Shown: positions 20,654-30,547 of the stretch, piece after piece
Layout of the letters: every line of letters begins with the position of its first letter
Numbering within the stretch: the first letter of the stretch is position 1
Virus record (IMG/VR): IMGVR_UViG_3300008952_000024
DNA: 64,000 nt
Direction: 5' to 3' (one strand)
DNA from: an uncultured virus (IMG/VR IMGVR_UViG_3300008952_000024)
Lineage: Duplodnaviria > Heunggongvirae > Uroviricota > Caudoviricetes
The notes under the pieces: model-generated
Told to the model about the DNA's origin: nothing
The model's input: only the letters and a program-made list of their open reading frames with translations
Database searches by the model: none
Program-made: the position numbers and the translations under genes

Positions 20654-21216
20654 ATTTTCTCCCTTTCACGCTGACGCATTTCAAACTTTGAACGCATAGG
20701 TATATCAATACTATTCGGTGCTTCATTCCCGAACACATCCCACCCATCATCACTGTCTCTCGCAAACATTTCCAGCTTATTTTGGGTTGGAAACATCTTG
20801 CTTATTAATTTCCTAAAAATTTTTGGCTTTACGCTATGGGCACCCTTCTCTATCGAATAGTGCTGCCGAACATTCTGGGCACCTCGCGGTTTTGGAATGT
20901 TTCCACGTTTGCCGACGAGTACCAGCTCGCACATTGGCATTGTGTATTTTCCAAATGCGGGACGCTTCTTGTTCCAGATAAAGGCTATTGTTCTATACTT
21001 AAAGCCCCAAGCTGCCATTAACTCCAACGAATCCTCGAGCAAGGCTCCGCTGCTCCACATAAACAACAATGAGTTGTCGTCAGAAATACCTTCTACATTC
21101 ATACGCTTCATTTCATCAAGCGGCATCGTACAATATTCTTGTTGCCCCATAGTTGGGGCTGACGGTCTACCATAAGACCACGGGGGATCTGCATAGATAA
21201 CCCCGTACTTTTTCAT
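20638..21216 (-). CDS. MT-A70 family adenine-N6 methyltransferase
   Basis: VIYADPPWSY, LFMW, AWGFKYRT, HSVKP, LEMFAR, GWDVFGNE. Confidence 0.9.
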   Translation of the reverse strand: MKKYGVIYADPPWSYGRPSAPTMGQQEYCTMPLDEMKRMNVEGISDDNSLLFMWSSGALLEDSLELMAAWGFKYRTIAFIWNKKRPAFGKYTMPMCELVLVGKRGNIPKPRGAQNVRQHYSIEKGAHSVKPKIFRKLISKMFPTQNKLEMFARDSDDGWDVFGNEAPNSIDIPMRSKFEMRQREREKICRIR

Positions 21217-21761
21217 GACCGGGCCACTACTGTTAAACCATTATTGTTATCAAAATGTTCTTTGATAAACCACTCTTGGTGCAGTTCCATAAATTCGTAC
21301 AACGCTGGCATTAATCCACGCCCCTTACTGTTACCCATATCAGTAAATCCATAAATTTGCGTATCATGCAATATAATATACTTTGAAACCTTGCTTCCAT
21401 GCTTGGCAAGTTCGGCCTGTAGCTGCCCATAGCTATGATGAGTATCAATGAATAGCAATTCAGTCTCTTCAATCTCCACCTTACGGGTATCACCAAGAAT
21501 AAATGTATAATTTATCCCTGCATCTTTAGTAACCGAATTTAGTAACTTGTGATCTCCACCAGCAAATGCCGGATGCGTAATATCAATTGAAACCATCTTC
21601 TCTGGTCTGCCAGCAAGCAGCCCATAGGTACTAACGATCGACCTCACTCCCATTTCTGTCACATGAGAGCACTCCTCCGCATATCTCTTTAATGTAGGAA
21701 GATGCTCGTTAATATCACTGCGCTGTTTGCATTTCAATTCATATACTTCATCAAGATTCAT
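21213..21761 (-). CDS. Class I SAM-dependent methyltransferase (Methyltransf_24-like)
   Basis: SDINEHLPTL, VTEMGVRSIVST, LLFIDTHHSY, IILHDT, NNNGLTV; start MNLDEV at 21761. Confidence 0.8.
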   Translation of the reverse strand: MNLDEVYELKCKQRSDINEHLPTLKRYAEECSHVTEMGVRSIVSTYGLLAGRPEKMVSIDITHPAFAGGDHKLLNSVTKDAGINYTFILGDTRKVEIEETELLFIDTHHSYGQLQAELAKHGSKVSKYIILHDTQIYGFTDMGNSKGRGLMPALYEFMELHQEWFIKEHFDNNNGLTVVARS

Positions 21762-21960
21762 TTTTCCCCTCACCGGAAGTTTTAAGTCCGTACCCATCAC
21801 GGAACCAACCGCGACCCTTTAAGATGAAACCAGACGCACTAATCATCTTACGGGCCTCTCCCGCCCCACAGTCTGGACACTGTGGGTCCGCATCTCCGAA
21901 CTTCATTAGCTTTTCAAAAGCAGCATTACACGACGAACACCTATACTCGTAGATCGGCAT
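21751..21960 (-). CDS. FmdB-family zinc-ribbon protein
   Basis: MPIYEYRCSSC...CPDCG...FILKGRGWFRDGY. Confidence 0.85.
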   Translation of the reverse strand: MPIYEYRCSSCNAAFEKLMKFGDADPQCPDCGAGEARKMISASGFILKGRGWFRDGYGLKTSGEGKNES

Positions 21961-22532
21961 TAGTCTTCCAGAACACGGAAAATACCAATGGCGTCCTTCC
22001 AATGATCTCTGGGATCAATATAACTCTCGAGCAACTTCACATTATCTACCCAAGACTCCAGAGCTGGGTACGCACCCGATAAGAACCTCCATCGGTCTGG
22101 ACGACAATGCTCATTGCCAGAAGAAGGCGTACAAATATAAATCAAGCCACCGGGCTGAACGACCCGCGCCATTTCCTTAAAGGTTTCCCAAAACGCCGCA
22201 TCATGCTCGAAGCAAGACGTGGAAACAACCACATGAAACTCATTATCCTCAAACGGCATCGAACCATGCGTGGAAACAACGTCCACACCCGGCCCCTTCC
22301 GTATATCTAAACCCACATACTCGTAATAAGGTATCTCGGATAGATTCTTAAAAAGTGGCCTCAAAGTACCATTTACATCATAACTACCAACATCAAGTAT
22401 CCGAACCTTTGGACGATCTTCTGTTGGAGTAGTTGGACCCCGCTGACCGGCCAACTCTGCTAAATACTTGCCATACTTTACCGCAAACTTATTTGCGTTC
22501 TGTTTCGCAGAACCATGCACACCGCTCTCCAA
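21960..22532 (-). CDS. Class I SAM-dependent methyltransferase (Methyltransf_11-like)
   Basis: ILDVGSYDVNG, YVGLDIRKGPGVDVV, STSCFEHD, ARVVQPGG, PDRWRF. Confidence 0.85.
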   Translation of the reverse strand: MESGVHGSAKQNANKFAVKYGKYLAELAGQRGPTTPTEDRPKVRILDVGSYDVNGTLRPLFKNLSEIPYYEYVGLDIRKGPGVDVVSTHGSMPFEDNEFHVVVSTSCFEHDAAFWETFKEMARVVQPGGLIYICTPSSGNEHCRPDRWRFLSGAYPALESWVDNVKLLESYIDPRDHWKDAIGIFRVLED

Positions 22533-22535
22533 TCA

Positions 22536-22751
22536 TTAAAGCTGATTAACAACTAGAGCTTCTTTAGCTCTAACAAGATCACCATAGGTAATAGTAAACT
22601 CACCCCGGCAACATATAACAACATCTGCGTGGTCTTCATCACCCGGTTGCGCCATGTCTGCAAACGGACGCAGAGCAGTCACCATATAGTCTTCACTATT
22701 ATTTGAAGCAATCGAAAATACCGTCTTCGGTGTTGTCTTTTTCCGTGCCAT
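22536..22751 (-). CDS. Hypothetical protein
   Basis: 71-aa ORF with GGAGG RBS. Confidence 0.55.
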   Translation of the reverse strand: MARKKTTPKTVFSIASNNSEDYMVTALRPFADMAQPGDEDHADVVICCRGEFTITYGDLVRAKEALVVNQL

Positions 22752-22796
22752 TACATCCTCCTATACAGGTGCATAGTAACAGATAATGGCAACTAA

Positions 22797-23000
22797 TCAA
22801 ACTTCACAATTGTTATCTACATCCGCCACCCAATCGGCCATTCGTTCAACGACCGCCGTGGTGTTCCTGTAAGTTTTAATCTTAAATTCTCCGTCTACAA
22901 ACTCTACTTGTATCCAGTTCTCATTGTCGATAACCACATATACCTTCTCCACTTGGTCGATATTCTTTACATCAGTTTGAACCTTCATATTATTACCCAT
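22797..23000 (-). CDS. Hypothetical protein
   Basis: 67-aa ORF with GAGGAG RBS. Confidence 0.55.
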   Translation of the reverse strand: MGNNMKVQTDVKNIDQVEKVYVVIDNENWIQVEFVDGEFKIKTYRNTTAVVERMADWVADVDNNCEV

Positions 23001-23001
23001 A

Positions 23002-24273
23002 CTATTCTCCTCGTAAGTCCTGTAGTTGTTTTTTTAGTTGCTCTCTATTTTCTCCGTAATGGAGTTCTCGGTGGTGATTGGCACAAACGCAAACCATATT
23101 CTCCATCGTGTCTGGACCACCTTCCGCCATCATAATCAAATGGTGAACCTCTACATACGGTAGACCATCTGGCTTAATAAAAAGCTCTACCGCACAACCA
23201 TCGACCTCACACGCGTAACCAGCTCGCTTCTTAACCAAATCGACTAACTTATGGTTTCTCTCGTAACCACGCTCAACAACACGAGACTTTCTACGCGGCT
23301 CTAGGTTCTCCTCCAGTTTTGCTAATGCTTCAAGGTTGGCTAGAGTTTCGCGCCCCTCCTCTGTCAGAGCTATCCGCGTATCACCCTCTGGCTCTTGCGC
23401 AAAATTACGCATAATAAACTGATCAACGAGAAAGGCCCACCTCTCCAATGCATCTGGCGCATCAGCATCGAAGTCCACAGTTTCACCTGAAACAACCTGC
23501 GCACCATCAGCCCCATCGTACTCCACTCCAAGAGCAAGGGTGCCGGGTCCATGAAACTCTGGCGTAGCATAAACAGACACCCCAGAATACTCTGGGTTAA
23601 TAAGTTCAATTGTCAATATCTCTGGGTTGAGTGTTGGCACCCATCCCTGAACACCACCACTGGACAAAATCGCATCCGTTAATGTTGTAACTCCACTGAC
23701 TTGCTTACTAGCAAGCATAACCGGATCGCTATTAACAACATCCATCTGAATTTGGTGTTTCGGAGCGGGAAAAACACCCTCTGGCTCATCATCGTCTTTA
23801 TGCCACGACACGCCGGTAACATTACCCTCGTCATCCGTCATAACATTCACTTTGCCGTCTGGATGATTATTTCCAAAGTGCTCTGTCATAAAATCTATCA
23901 GTTCGTCTGGCTCATAACCACGATCGGATATATCCAAATATAAAGTCTTATCCTCATCATCTATTGCAATATTTTCCATTGGAATATCCAGATCACGCAG
24001 ATCTGGCTTTTCCTCTACCACGTCTGGCAAATGACCCCTTCTACGGGCACGACGTTTAGCAAGCAGCCTATTCCGTCGCTGCATTGCCTTATCTGCCCTA
24101 GAGTTCGGATGCTCCGCACCCATACCCGCCTCCTGCACATTAAAACCCTTACTGCCCCTCCTTTGAGCACGGTTACCGCCTCCACGCTCATTTGCTTGAC
24201 CAGCAGCACCCCTCTTCATTAAACCGCCCCCCTCGCTATCCCTCTTCCTACCTACAGCCCTTCGTTTTCCCAT
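23002..24273 (-). CDS. HNH endonuclease with long N-terminal extension
   Basis: C-terminal YERN...ACEVDGC...YVEVHHLIMMAEGGPDTMENMVCVCANHHRELHYG; Arg/Gly-rich N-terminus, acidic middle. Confidence 0.8.
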   Translation of the reverse strand: MGKRRAVGRKRDSEGGGLMKRGAAGQANERGGGNRAQRRGSKGFNVQEAGMGAEHPNSRADKAMQRRNRLLAKRRARRRGHLPDVVEEKPDLRDLDIPMENIAIDDEDKTLYLDISDRGYEPDELIDFMTEHFGNNHPDGKVNVMTDDEGNVTGVSWHKDDDEPEGVFPAPKHQIQMDVVNSDPVMLASKQVSGVTTLTDAILSSGGVQGWVPTLNPEILTIELINPEYSGVSVYATPEFHGPGTLALGVEYDGADGAQVVSGETVDFDADAPDALERWAFLVDQFIMRNFAQEPEGDTRIALTEEGRETLANLEALAKLEENLEPRRKSRVVERGYERNHKLVDLVKKRAGYACEVDGCAVELFIKPDGLPYVEVHHLIMMAEGGPDTMENMVCVCANHHRELHYGENREQLKKQLQDLRGE

Positions 24274-24506
24274 CAGTACACCTCATTCTCGTCTGGAAAC
24301 ACACGTTCCGGCTCATACGCACCCGGTCGTAACTTCACTGGCTCCAAACCCTTTGATACCCTGTGAACCTCATTCCATAACTTAAAACAACCACGACAGA
24401 CCGGCTCACGCTCTCCGTTCACCCTTAACGACGGAACCAGCTCTGGATTGAAGGAAATGGACCGCTCACACGACACACAAAACCCATGCATTATCATCCA
24501 ACTCAT
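24273..24506 (-). CDS. Small Cys-containing phage protein
   Basis: CVSC...CRGC motifs. Confidence 0.55.
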   Translation of the reverse strand: MSWMIMHGFCVSCERSISFNPELVPSLRVNGEREPVCRGCFKLWNEVHRVSKGLEPVKLRPGAYEPERVFPDENEVY

Positions 24507-25157
24507 TTAACGACCCCACTGCATAGCCATAGCTTTGGCAATACCCACATACGTCTCTGACCGTATCCTCCACCTATCTTCCGATGGACCCAACACATTC
24601 TGACCACTCAATGTCTGATTGTCCCATACACCACATTTTGGGATCTTTAGAACATTCGTTGGCTGCAACGGCGGCAAACGCTTTAACCACAAACCCGTTT
24701 TCTTGGAATGAGGATGACCGAACTCATACGGATGGATATACTGGTCTGGTGGCCTAATCGCTGTTGAAATACGTCCTACAGGATTCTCAATACATATTCG
24801 GCCAATAGGCGCGTTCATCAAATGACGAACAAACTTTAATGCCTCTTCCGTCTTATGGCTCCGACCAAAACGACGCTTATTCCAATGTAATCCACTACCA
24901 GACAAATAAGTGCAAGGCGGATGAGCTATCATCAAATCCCAACCCTTATTTAGTACAAATCGTACATCACACTTGAGATGAGGACCGCCAACCACGCTTG
25001 GAAGCACATCGCAAGACCAAGCATCATGGCCACGCCGCAGAAATTGATCTCGCACAATCCCGCTGGATTCACATGCAACCAATACCCTCACAACGACTCC
25101 AAAAAAGAAATTTGCGGGACGGCTCGCTTCAAACAGCTTACCTGACGACACCCGCAA
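24507..25157 (-). CDS. Phage DNA cytosine-5 methyltransferase-like protein
   Basis: VLVACESSG (motif I variant), DLMIAHPPC (catalytic PC), IENP, KKTGLWL, RSETYVGIAKAMAMQW. Confidence 0.8.
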   Translation of the reverse strand: MRVSSGKLFEASRPANFFFGVVVRVLVACESSGIVRDQFLRRGHDAWSCDVLPSVVGGPHLKCDVRFVLNKGWDLMIAHPPCTYLSGSGLHWNKRRFGRSHKTEEALKFVRHLMNAPIGRICIENPVGRISTAIRPPDQYIHPYEFGHPHSKKTGLWLKRLPPLQPTNVLKIPKCGVWDNQTLSGQNVLGPSEDRWRIRSETYVGIAKAMAMQWGR

Positions 25158-25275
25158 TTACCGGCGTACTCTCTCGGCCCCCAAATGATTACAAGAACCG
25201 TAACTGGTGGCAGGGGTTAGGGACTCGTACACAAAGTTTTGGAATAGCCACCCCACACATTCGATAATAAAACAA

Positions 25276-25620
25276 TTACTTTGCTGCATACTTATTCTTA
25301 CGTTTGTTGACGACCCTATCACACTCTCGCTTCGCCGCTTTGAGGTTATAGGTGCCGCCGCCTCCTACCCATCTATCATTCGTTGGAATTTCAGAATGGT
25401 GATCCTTGTCCAACCATAAATGATAGGTGGCCGCGCAAAGGCCATTACCGATCGTAATTGTCGCTCCGATTACTTCATTGTCGGTTTCATACTTCTTTTT
25501 ATAAACCATGTTTCCATAGCCATCATCAGTGCCGCGACTCCATCGCCCAGCCATAACTTCCTCCAAGTCTGGTTTGAACCACATGAGGGACCACCACCCT
25601 GCGTAGGAAAATTCCCACAA
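25276..25620 (-). CDS. Hypothetical protein
   Basis: 114-aa ORF in the gene row. Confidence 0.45.
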   Translation of the reverse strand: MWEFSYAGWWSLMWFKPDLEEVMAGRWSRGTDDGYGNMVYKKKYETDNEVIGATITIGNGLCAATYHLWLDKDHHSEIPTNDRWVGGGGTYNLKAAKRECDRVVNKRKNKYAAK

Positions 25621-25664
25621 GTGGACACCTGTGCAGGGTTGGTGGCGGTCCTATACCCTATAAA

Positions 25665-26486
25665 TCAGGAAACCGGACCTTTTGCAAGCCATGACTTTAT
25701 GCTTTGGGGATCTATCGCTAATCTTACCATATGGACCCCAACTTTCGACTCAATCCTACCGGTCCAAGTCTGGGTCACACGGTCCACCCAGTTCGGGCCG
25801 GGGTTCAACACGTCCCTCAATGGACCAATCTGACCCCAACCAGCCCCATTAATACTTCCCACAGCCTCTAACGTCAGAATCTTATCCGTCGCCGGATCAT
25901 AATCCAAAACTATCAAACTATGACCACCACTAGAGGTAAAATACTGCAACAAGTATGCACCCTCACCGGGAGCCGTAGTACCCACACCCCACTGGAGTAT
26001 TACCCTCGGACCCCAGTTCGGCACCACCGGAACAGAACCACTGTCACTTGTGGAAACCATCCACAACTTCCACTGCTCACTTGTAAACGATACACCCTCA
26101 AAAGCATACGCCAACAACCAAGAAGTAAACTGCACGCAATTCGTCCACTCATCACCAATATTACGCAAACTCATTCCCGGTGGATTACTCGGACACTGGG
26201 CATCGCTTAAACGATACTCCTGCGGCAACATCTGTGGAAACAAGTCAGCCACCACTTGGAAGTCTATCGGCAAACCTAAATCCACACCACCACTACGCAA
26301 TGCATCCCAAGTCTTCGAACCCACAACACCATCCGCCACTAAACCACTAGCAGACTGAAAAGACTTCACATTCGCTTCCGTTCCCGAACCAAATACACCA
26401 TCCACCGTCGTCCGATAACCACTCTCGGTCAACAACGTCTGGCACTCCTTCACCTCTATACCACTGTCACCCTTACGCAATACCAT
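25665..26486 (-). CDS. Endolysin: peptidoglycan-binding domain plus Cys/His peptidase-like domain
   Basis: MVLRKGDSGIEVKECQTLL...DGVFGSGTEANVKSFQSASGLVADGVVGSKTW (PG_binding_1); TNCVQF...GGHSLIV...LEA suggests a CHAP/NlpC-like triad; ATG 26486 after GAGGAG. Confidence 0.8.
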   Translation of the reverse strand: MVLRKGDSGIEVKECQTLLTESGYRTTVDGVFGSGTEANVKSFQSASGLVADGVVGSKTWDALRSGGVDLGLPIDFQVVADLFPQMLPQEYRLSDAQCPSNPPGMSLRNIGDEWTNCVQFTSWLLAYAFEGVSFTSEQWKLWMVSTSDSGSVPVVPNWGPRVILQWGVGTTAPGEGAYLLQYFTSSGGHSLIVLDYDPATDKILTLEAVGSINGAGWGQIGPLRDVLNPGPNWVDRVTQTWTGRIESKVGVHMVRLAIDPQSIKSWLAKGPVS

Positions 26487-26923
26487 TACCAACTCCTCGA
26501 CACTAGCAAACCACCCACCGAACCAATCACACATAAAAGTATATCCCACCAATCAAATGTACCACGGAACATAGATAGACTTTGGAGGACTTCAATACAC
26601 CCTACAAGGCATCCCGGCAGTAAAACCGACCCAAGGTATATCCAACCCCCCTCGGATCGCCACAAACGGCAAAAGAATCCCGTACAGGCATATACCCATA
26701 CTCCTAGAGGCAAACTATAAACGAACCACAAAGGAAATAGGCTCCTATACGGATTCGCCAACTCCCTAACCCAACTCAATACACCGTCAGGACGGTAGCA
26801 CCCCACCGCGCCCATTACTTCAAATATGAGCAAATGGTCTGGACGCCACAATAAATAGATAATCGACCCCAAACAAATTGGGATAACACAATTCCAAAGG
26901 AAAAATTTTCTATTTACAGGCAA
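26486..26923 (-). CDS. Multi-pass membrane protein
   Basis: About four hydrophobic segments; SLPLGVW and EVLQ...GTFDWWD motifs. Confidence 0.6.
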   Translation of the reverse strand: MPVNRKFFLWNCVIPICLGSIIYLLWRPDHLLIFEVMGAVGCYRPDGVLSWVRELANPYRSLFPLWFVYSLPLGVWVYACTGFFCRLWRSEGGWIYLGSVLLPGCLVGCIEVLQSLSMFRGTFDWWDILLCVIGSVGGLLVSRSW

Positions 26924-27002
26924 AACGTAGAAAGGAGGACAAAACCCCCCACGGCGTAGATGGTGACCAACACTTTAGAATCTAAATTAAACATGGAACC
27001 TC

Positions 27003-27302
27003 CTAAATAAATTTAGCTATCAGCCCGGTTACGGAAAGCACCAGACCTATATAGGCCAAACGCTTCGCACGGGTCGCGGTACTGTATGCGTCTCCCAAGT
27101 TATCCCGTTTGATTTTGTAATCAAAATGTTGGAGCGGGCTTAATTTGGGTATGGCTTCAAAGAAGTCGGGACAATCACGCTGTTCGTACTCATCTTGTCG
27201 CGCCAAACGGTGCTGATACCACAAACAGACCCCAGAATACTTATTTTCATGGTGTTCATCGGGGTATTTATTATATAGGCCACATCGACCACATCTAGCC
27301 AT
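27003..27302 (-). CDS. Cys-rich protein with C-terminal TM helix
   Basis: CGRC...C...C plus hydrophobic C-terminus. Confidence 0.55.
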   Translation of the reverse strand: MARCGRCGLYNKYPDEHHENKYSGVCLWYQHRLARQDEYEQRDCPDFFEAIPKLSPLQHFDYKIKRDNLGDAYSTATRAKRLAYIGLVLSVTGLIAKFI

Positions 27303-27303
27303 T

Positions 27304-27531
27304 CTATTGCCCCATACACGGTATCAAGCTCTCACCTGCGTCGGATACTATCACAACCGTATTGGGGAGTATACGGTCTACTACCCAACCATCTGCCAGC
27401 TCTAACCCTTCACTAAAGGCTCTACAATGCGGAATGTCACCAAATAAGAGGTAGGACTCCAAAGGGGAGTGGCTATGAGGGCTACAGTTTATGAGAATAG
27501 TCATCATGGTTAGGATTAGGAACATTTGCAT
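27304..27531 (-). CDS. Small putative exported/lipoprotein
   Basis: Hydrophobic N-terminus ending LINC. Confidence 0.4.
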   Translation of the reverse strand: MQMFLILTMMTILINCSPHSHSPLESYLLFGDIPHCRAFSEGLELADGWVVDRILPNTVVIVSDAGESLIPCMGQ

Positions 27532-27694
27532 TACTCGGAGGGTAGGGAGAGGCGGCTACATATATCAGCCAACAGCAACATCTTACAAGTAATGGGATGA
27601 CGCCAAATGTAAACACCCACCCTACTAAAACGTAAAAAGATACAACTAATGCTAACTCGAAAGATCCTATGTAGTCTGGGTTAGATGTGTACAA
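27482..27694 (-). CDS. Small membrane protein
   Basis: Hydrophobic 70-aa ORF. Confidence 0.3.
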   Translation of the reverse strand: MYTSNPDYIGSFELALVVSFYVLVGWVFTFGVIPLLVRCCCWLIYVAASPYPPSNANVPNPNHDDYSHKL

Positions 27695-28987
27695 ATTTTA
27701 CCGGGGAAAAGATTAAAAATACCTTGGTCCCCCCACGGGGGACTATGGGGGAAGAATAATTTTATATAAATAGATCTTAATACAAATCATATATCTCTTA
27801 ATATATCTTATTATATATCTATTATTCTCACAATGGGCATATCGACCTTTAAACCCCCATTATAAGAGGGGTAAATTATACAATTATCTCTAAAACAGGT
27901 TTAATGGATAAACTTATAAGGGGTATAGACTCACTAGGTCCAAAAATTTTAGAAAAAAAAATTCAAGACTCACTAGATGATAAAAAGTATGAAAAATCGG
28001 TCGGCAGGAGGTGTCCCTCAAATATCATATTCTTGGAATCATATTCTGTAGGGGGGAGAGGTGAGGTTCAACCTATGATATGAGGCATTACCTCATGTGG
28101 ATTCTAGGGTCATCATATCTATTGGCAATGGCAACTATCATACTCTCCTGGCCCATATCATAGGTTGTAAGGTCATTATCATAGGATAAACCCCTATAAA
28201 ATAGGCCAAAATCATAGGGCATAGGCGGTCCAAAGTGGGCATATACCCTCATTAATAGGCATATCACCAACATCATATTCATAGGCACAAAGGGATATTC
28301 CTACTACAACCATTCATATCCTTTGAGCGCTCATGGTGTTTCTAGGGAACGGCCAATATCATAGGACTCCCCTCCACTATGGTGTGGGTCTACCCCATAC
28401 AGGTTTCACCAATTCATATCCAATATCCAATAAACATAGGTCATAACTTCACTTTCATAGGCTAACTCAACCTTCCTATTCATAGGTACAACATACTCAA
28501 TCTGTCATTCCTGGCCTACAACCTACATTTATTCCATACACAGGATTTCAAACCATATCCTACCATCGGCAAAAGTTGGCTAGGTAATTACCATATCATC
28601 AAAAGGAAAATAATTTTCCTATTATCGGCTCCCATATCCATACTCTCAATTCTATAAAAGGGGGCTGGCATATGCGGCATTGTACCTACAAAATCGGCTA
28701 TTTGGCTCAAAATTTTAATATCTATCAAACGGCTATTAATACCCTTCCATCCATGTCAATACTCGGTTCAATCATATTCATACCATCAACCTCATATCTC
28801 ATATTCTCACCATACAATCCCCCACCTACCAACACCAATAAACATACCCTTTACAGGCTCACATTACCCCCTGGAGGGACTTCACCGGCAATCTGCGGGT
28901 CTGGGCAAGGGTAAACCCCTTGGACGGCTTCTGGGGGCATTCTAGGGGCTACAATCGGCATGGTTGGTTTGGTGGGTCAATATACAG

Positions 28988-29190
28988 GATAGGATCGGTC
29001 CATATCCATACTCGGATCGGATACCGGATCGGATCGGATCATAGGGCTAGGGTCCACGGAATAGGGGATACAGGCTATCCCTAGGATCATAGGGACCGGA
29101 TACAGGGAAACCCGGCACCATAGGATAGGGACCGGGTTCATAGGGCTAGGGATCGGATCATAGGGGATCGGATCGGATCATAGGGATCCC
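28988..29190 (+). repeat. GGATC / CATAGGG repeat array
   Basis: About 12 GGATC and several CATAGGG units, e.g. GGATCGGATCGGATCATAGGG. Confidence 0.85.
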
Positions 29191-29228
29191 CAAACCAAAA
29201 TACCCCTATCCGGTTAGGGATAGGGGTA
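29191..29228 (-). terminator. Rho-independent terminator
   Basis: 11-bp stem TACCCCTATCC / GGATAGGGGTA (29201-29228), followed on the minus strand by TTTTGGTTTG. Confidence 0.7.
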
Positions 29229-29360
29229 CTGGGGATCGGCTAGGCTATCGGGTTAATCGGTTACACAACTCCACACGGATAATAGGATCAGGAAGGTATA
29301 AAGGCTTGGCAGGGTAATCACAAGGTTAATCATAGGGTACTCCAATAGGGGCTAGGGGTG

Positions 29361-29386
29361 GCCCCTACCCGGTATTGGGTAGGGGC
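29361..29386 (-). terminator. Hairpin just downstream of the island gene
   Basis: Perfect 10-bp stem GCCCCTACCC-ggtatt-GGGTAGGGGC; no U-tract. Confidence 0.5.
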
Positions 29387-29402
29387 TAGGGGTTAGGGGT
29401 TA

Positions 29403-30047
29403 TTACTTGGCTAGGGATTCACGGGAAACCAATTCCCATACCAACAAACCATTGGGATCAATTGGGGTATCCTTATCGGTGGGATTGGTATTCTCTACGG
29501 TCCAAACCATATCCTTCCCGGTTCCAAATAATCCCTTGGTGGAAATGGAATACAGGGCTTTATGGCCACTATTGGCTCTCTTACCGGGTTCTTTGGTAGG
29601 GTTACCAAAATACTCTTTATATTTCACACAGGATACGGGAAACCCACGGGCCAACATATCGGCATGGGAAACCATAATACAGGTTTCACCGGTATCACCT
29701 ACCAATTCGGTCAATAGGGATACAACCCGGTCTAGGAATTTTGGCTTCGGGGTATTTTTCCGGATTTTGGCTACTTTGGCCTCAATTACCTTCATGGCAA
29801 AATCCCATACATTGGTGGGATCATCGGAAAACTTACCTATTCCCAACTCATTACAGGGACCGGCATACTTCATATCACCATAACGGGTAACCTTGGAATA
29901 CAGGGGATCGGCTACTAGGGCCGGTCCAAAATTATCTCGGGTCCAATCGGTGGATTCACATATGGCGGATACAATATCCTCAATTCGGAAACCGGTTAGG
30001 GCTAGGATTAGGGTAGGGGTTTCAACTTTTTTATTGGCTTTGGCCAT
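29403..30047 (-). CDS. Orphan 214-aa protein encoded entirely inside the GG island
   Basis: ATG 30047 (MAKANKKVETP) after an AAAGGAAG RBS; downstream hairpins; shares a motif with the 47494..48744 protein. Confidence 0.75.
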   Translation of the reverse strand: MAKANKKVETPTLILALTGFRIEDIVSAICESTDWTRDNFGPALVADPLYSKVTRYGDMKYAGPCNELGIGKFSDDPTNVWDFAMKVIEAKVAKIRKNTPKPKFLDRVVSLLTELVGDTGETCIMVSHADMLARGFPVSCVKYKEYFGNPTKEPGKRANSGHKALYSISTKGLFGTGKDMVWTVENTNPTDKDTPIDPNGLLVWELVSRESLAK

Positions 30048-30547
30048 TTCATCACTTCCTTTCAATTTGGGATCATTCCCAACCGGTCGGGACTCATTCC
30101 CTATCGGCACAACCATAATAACCGGATATGGAAATAATTCATAAACATAACTAACCGGAAAATCATACACCGGGAATAAACATAGGGAGAACCGGCAATA
30201 TCATCGGCTCAAAATAATTCTTTTTTTTTTATATTCCAAGGATCACCTCAAAATATCCAATTTTTAATCGGCCTATTCCATAGGATGTAACTACAATATC
30301 CTTTGGCACCACGGCATTTCAATCCAGGCTATTCGGTTATATGGTAGGAAGGAAGGGGATTTATCGGGATAGGGTCCACCAGGTATCCTATTAATTCGGG
30401 TATTGGATGGGGGCAAAATCGGATCGGCTCAAAATCGGGCCATTCATACCTCTATATATAGGGACAACAAAATCATACATACCCATTCTGGCCATATCAT
30501 AGGGTCTAACTACCATACCTCTGGAATGGATGGATATTCCATATCCT

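Noticed and set aside
27927..27976. 11-bp direct repeat AGACTCACTAG, two copies 39 bp apart
   Set aside because: Only two copies in AT-rich DNA; too little evidence to assign a function.
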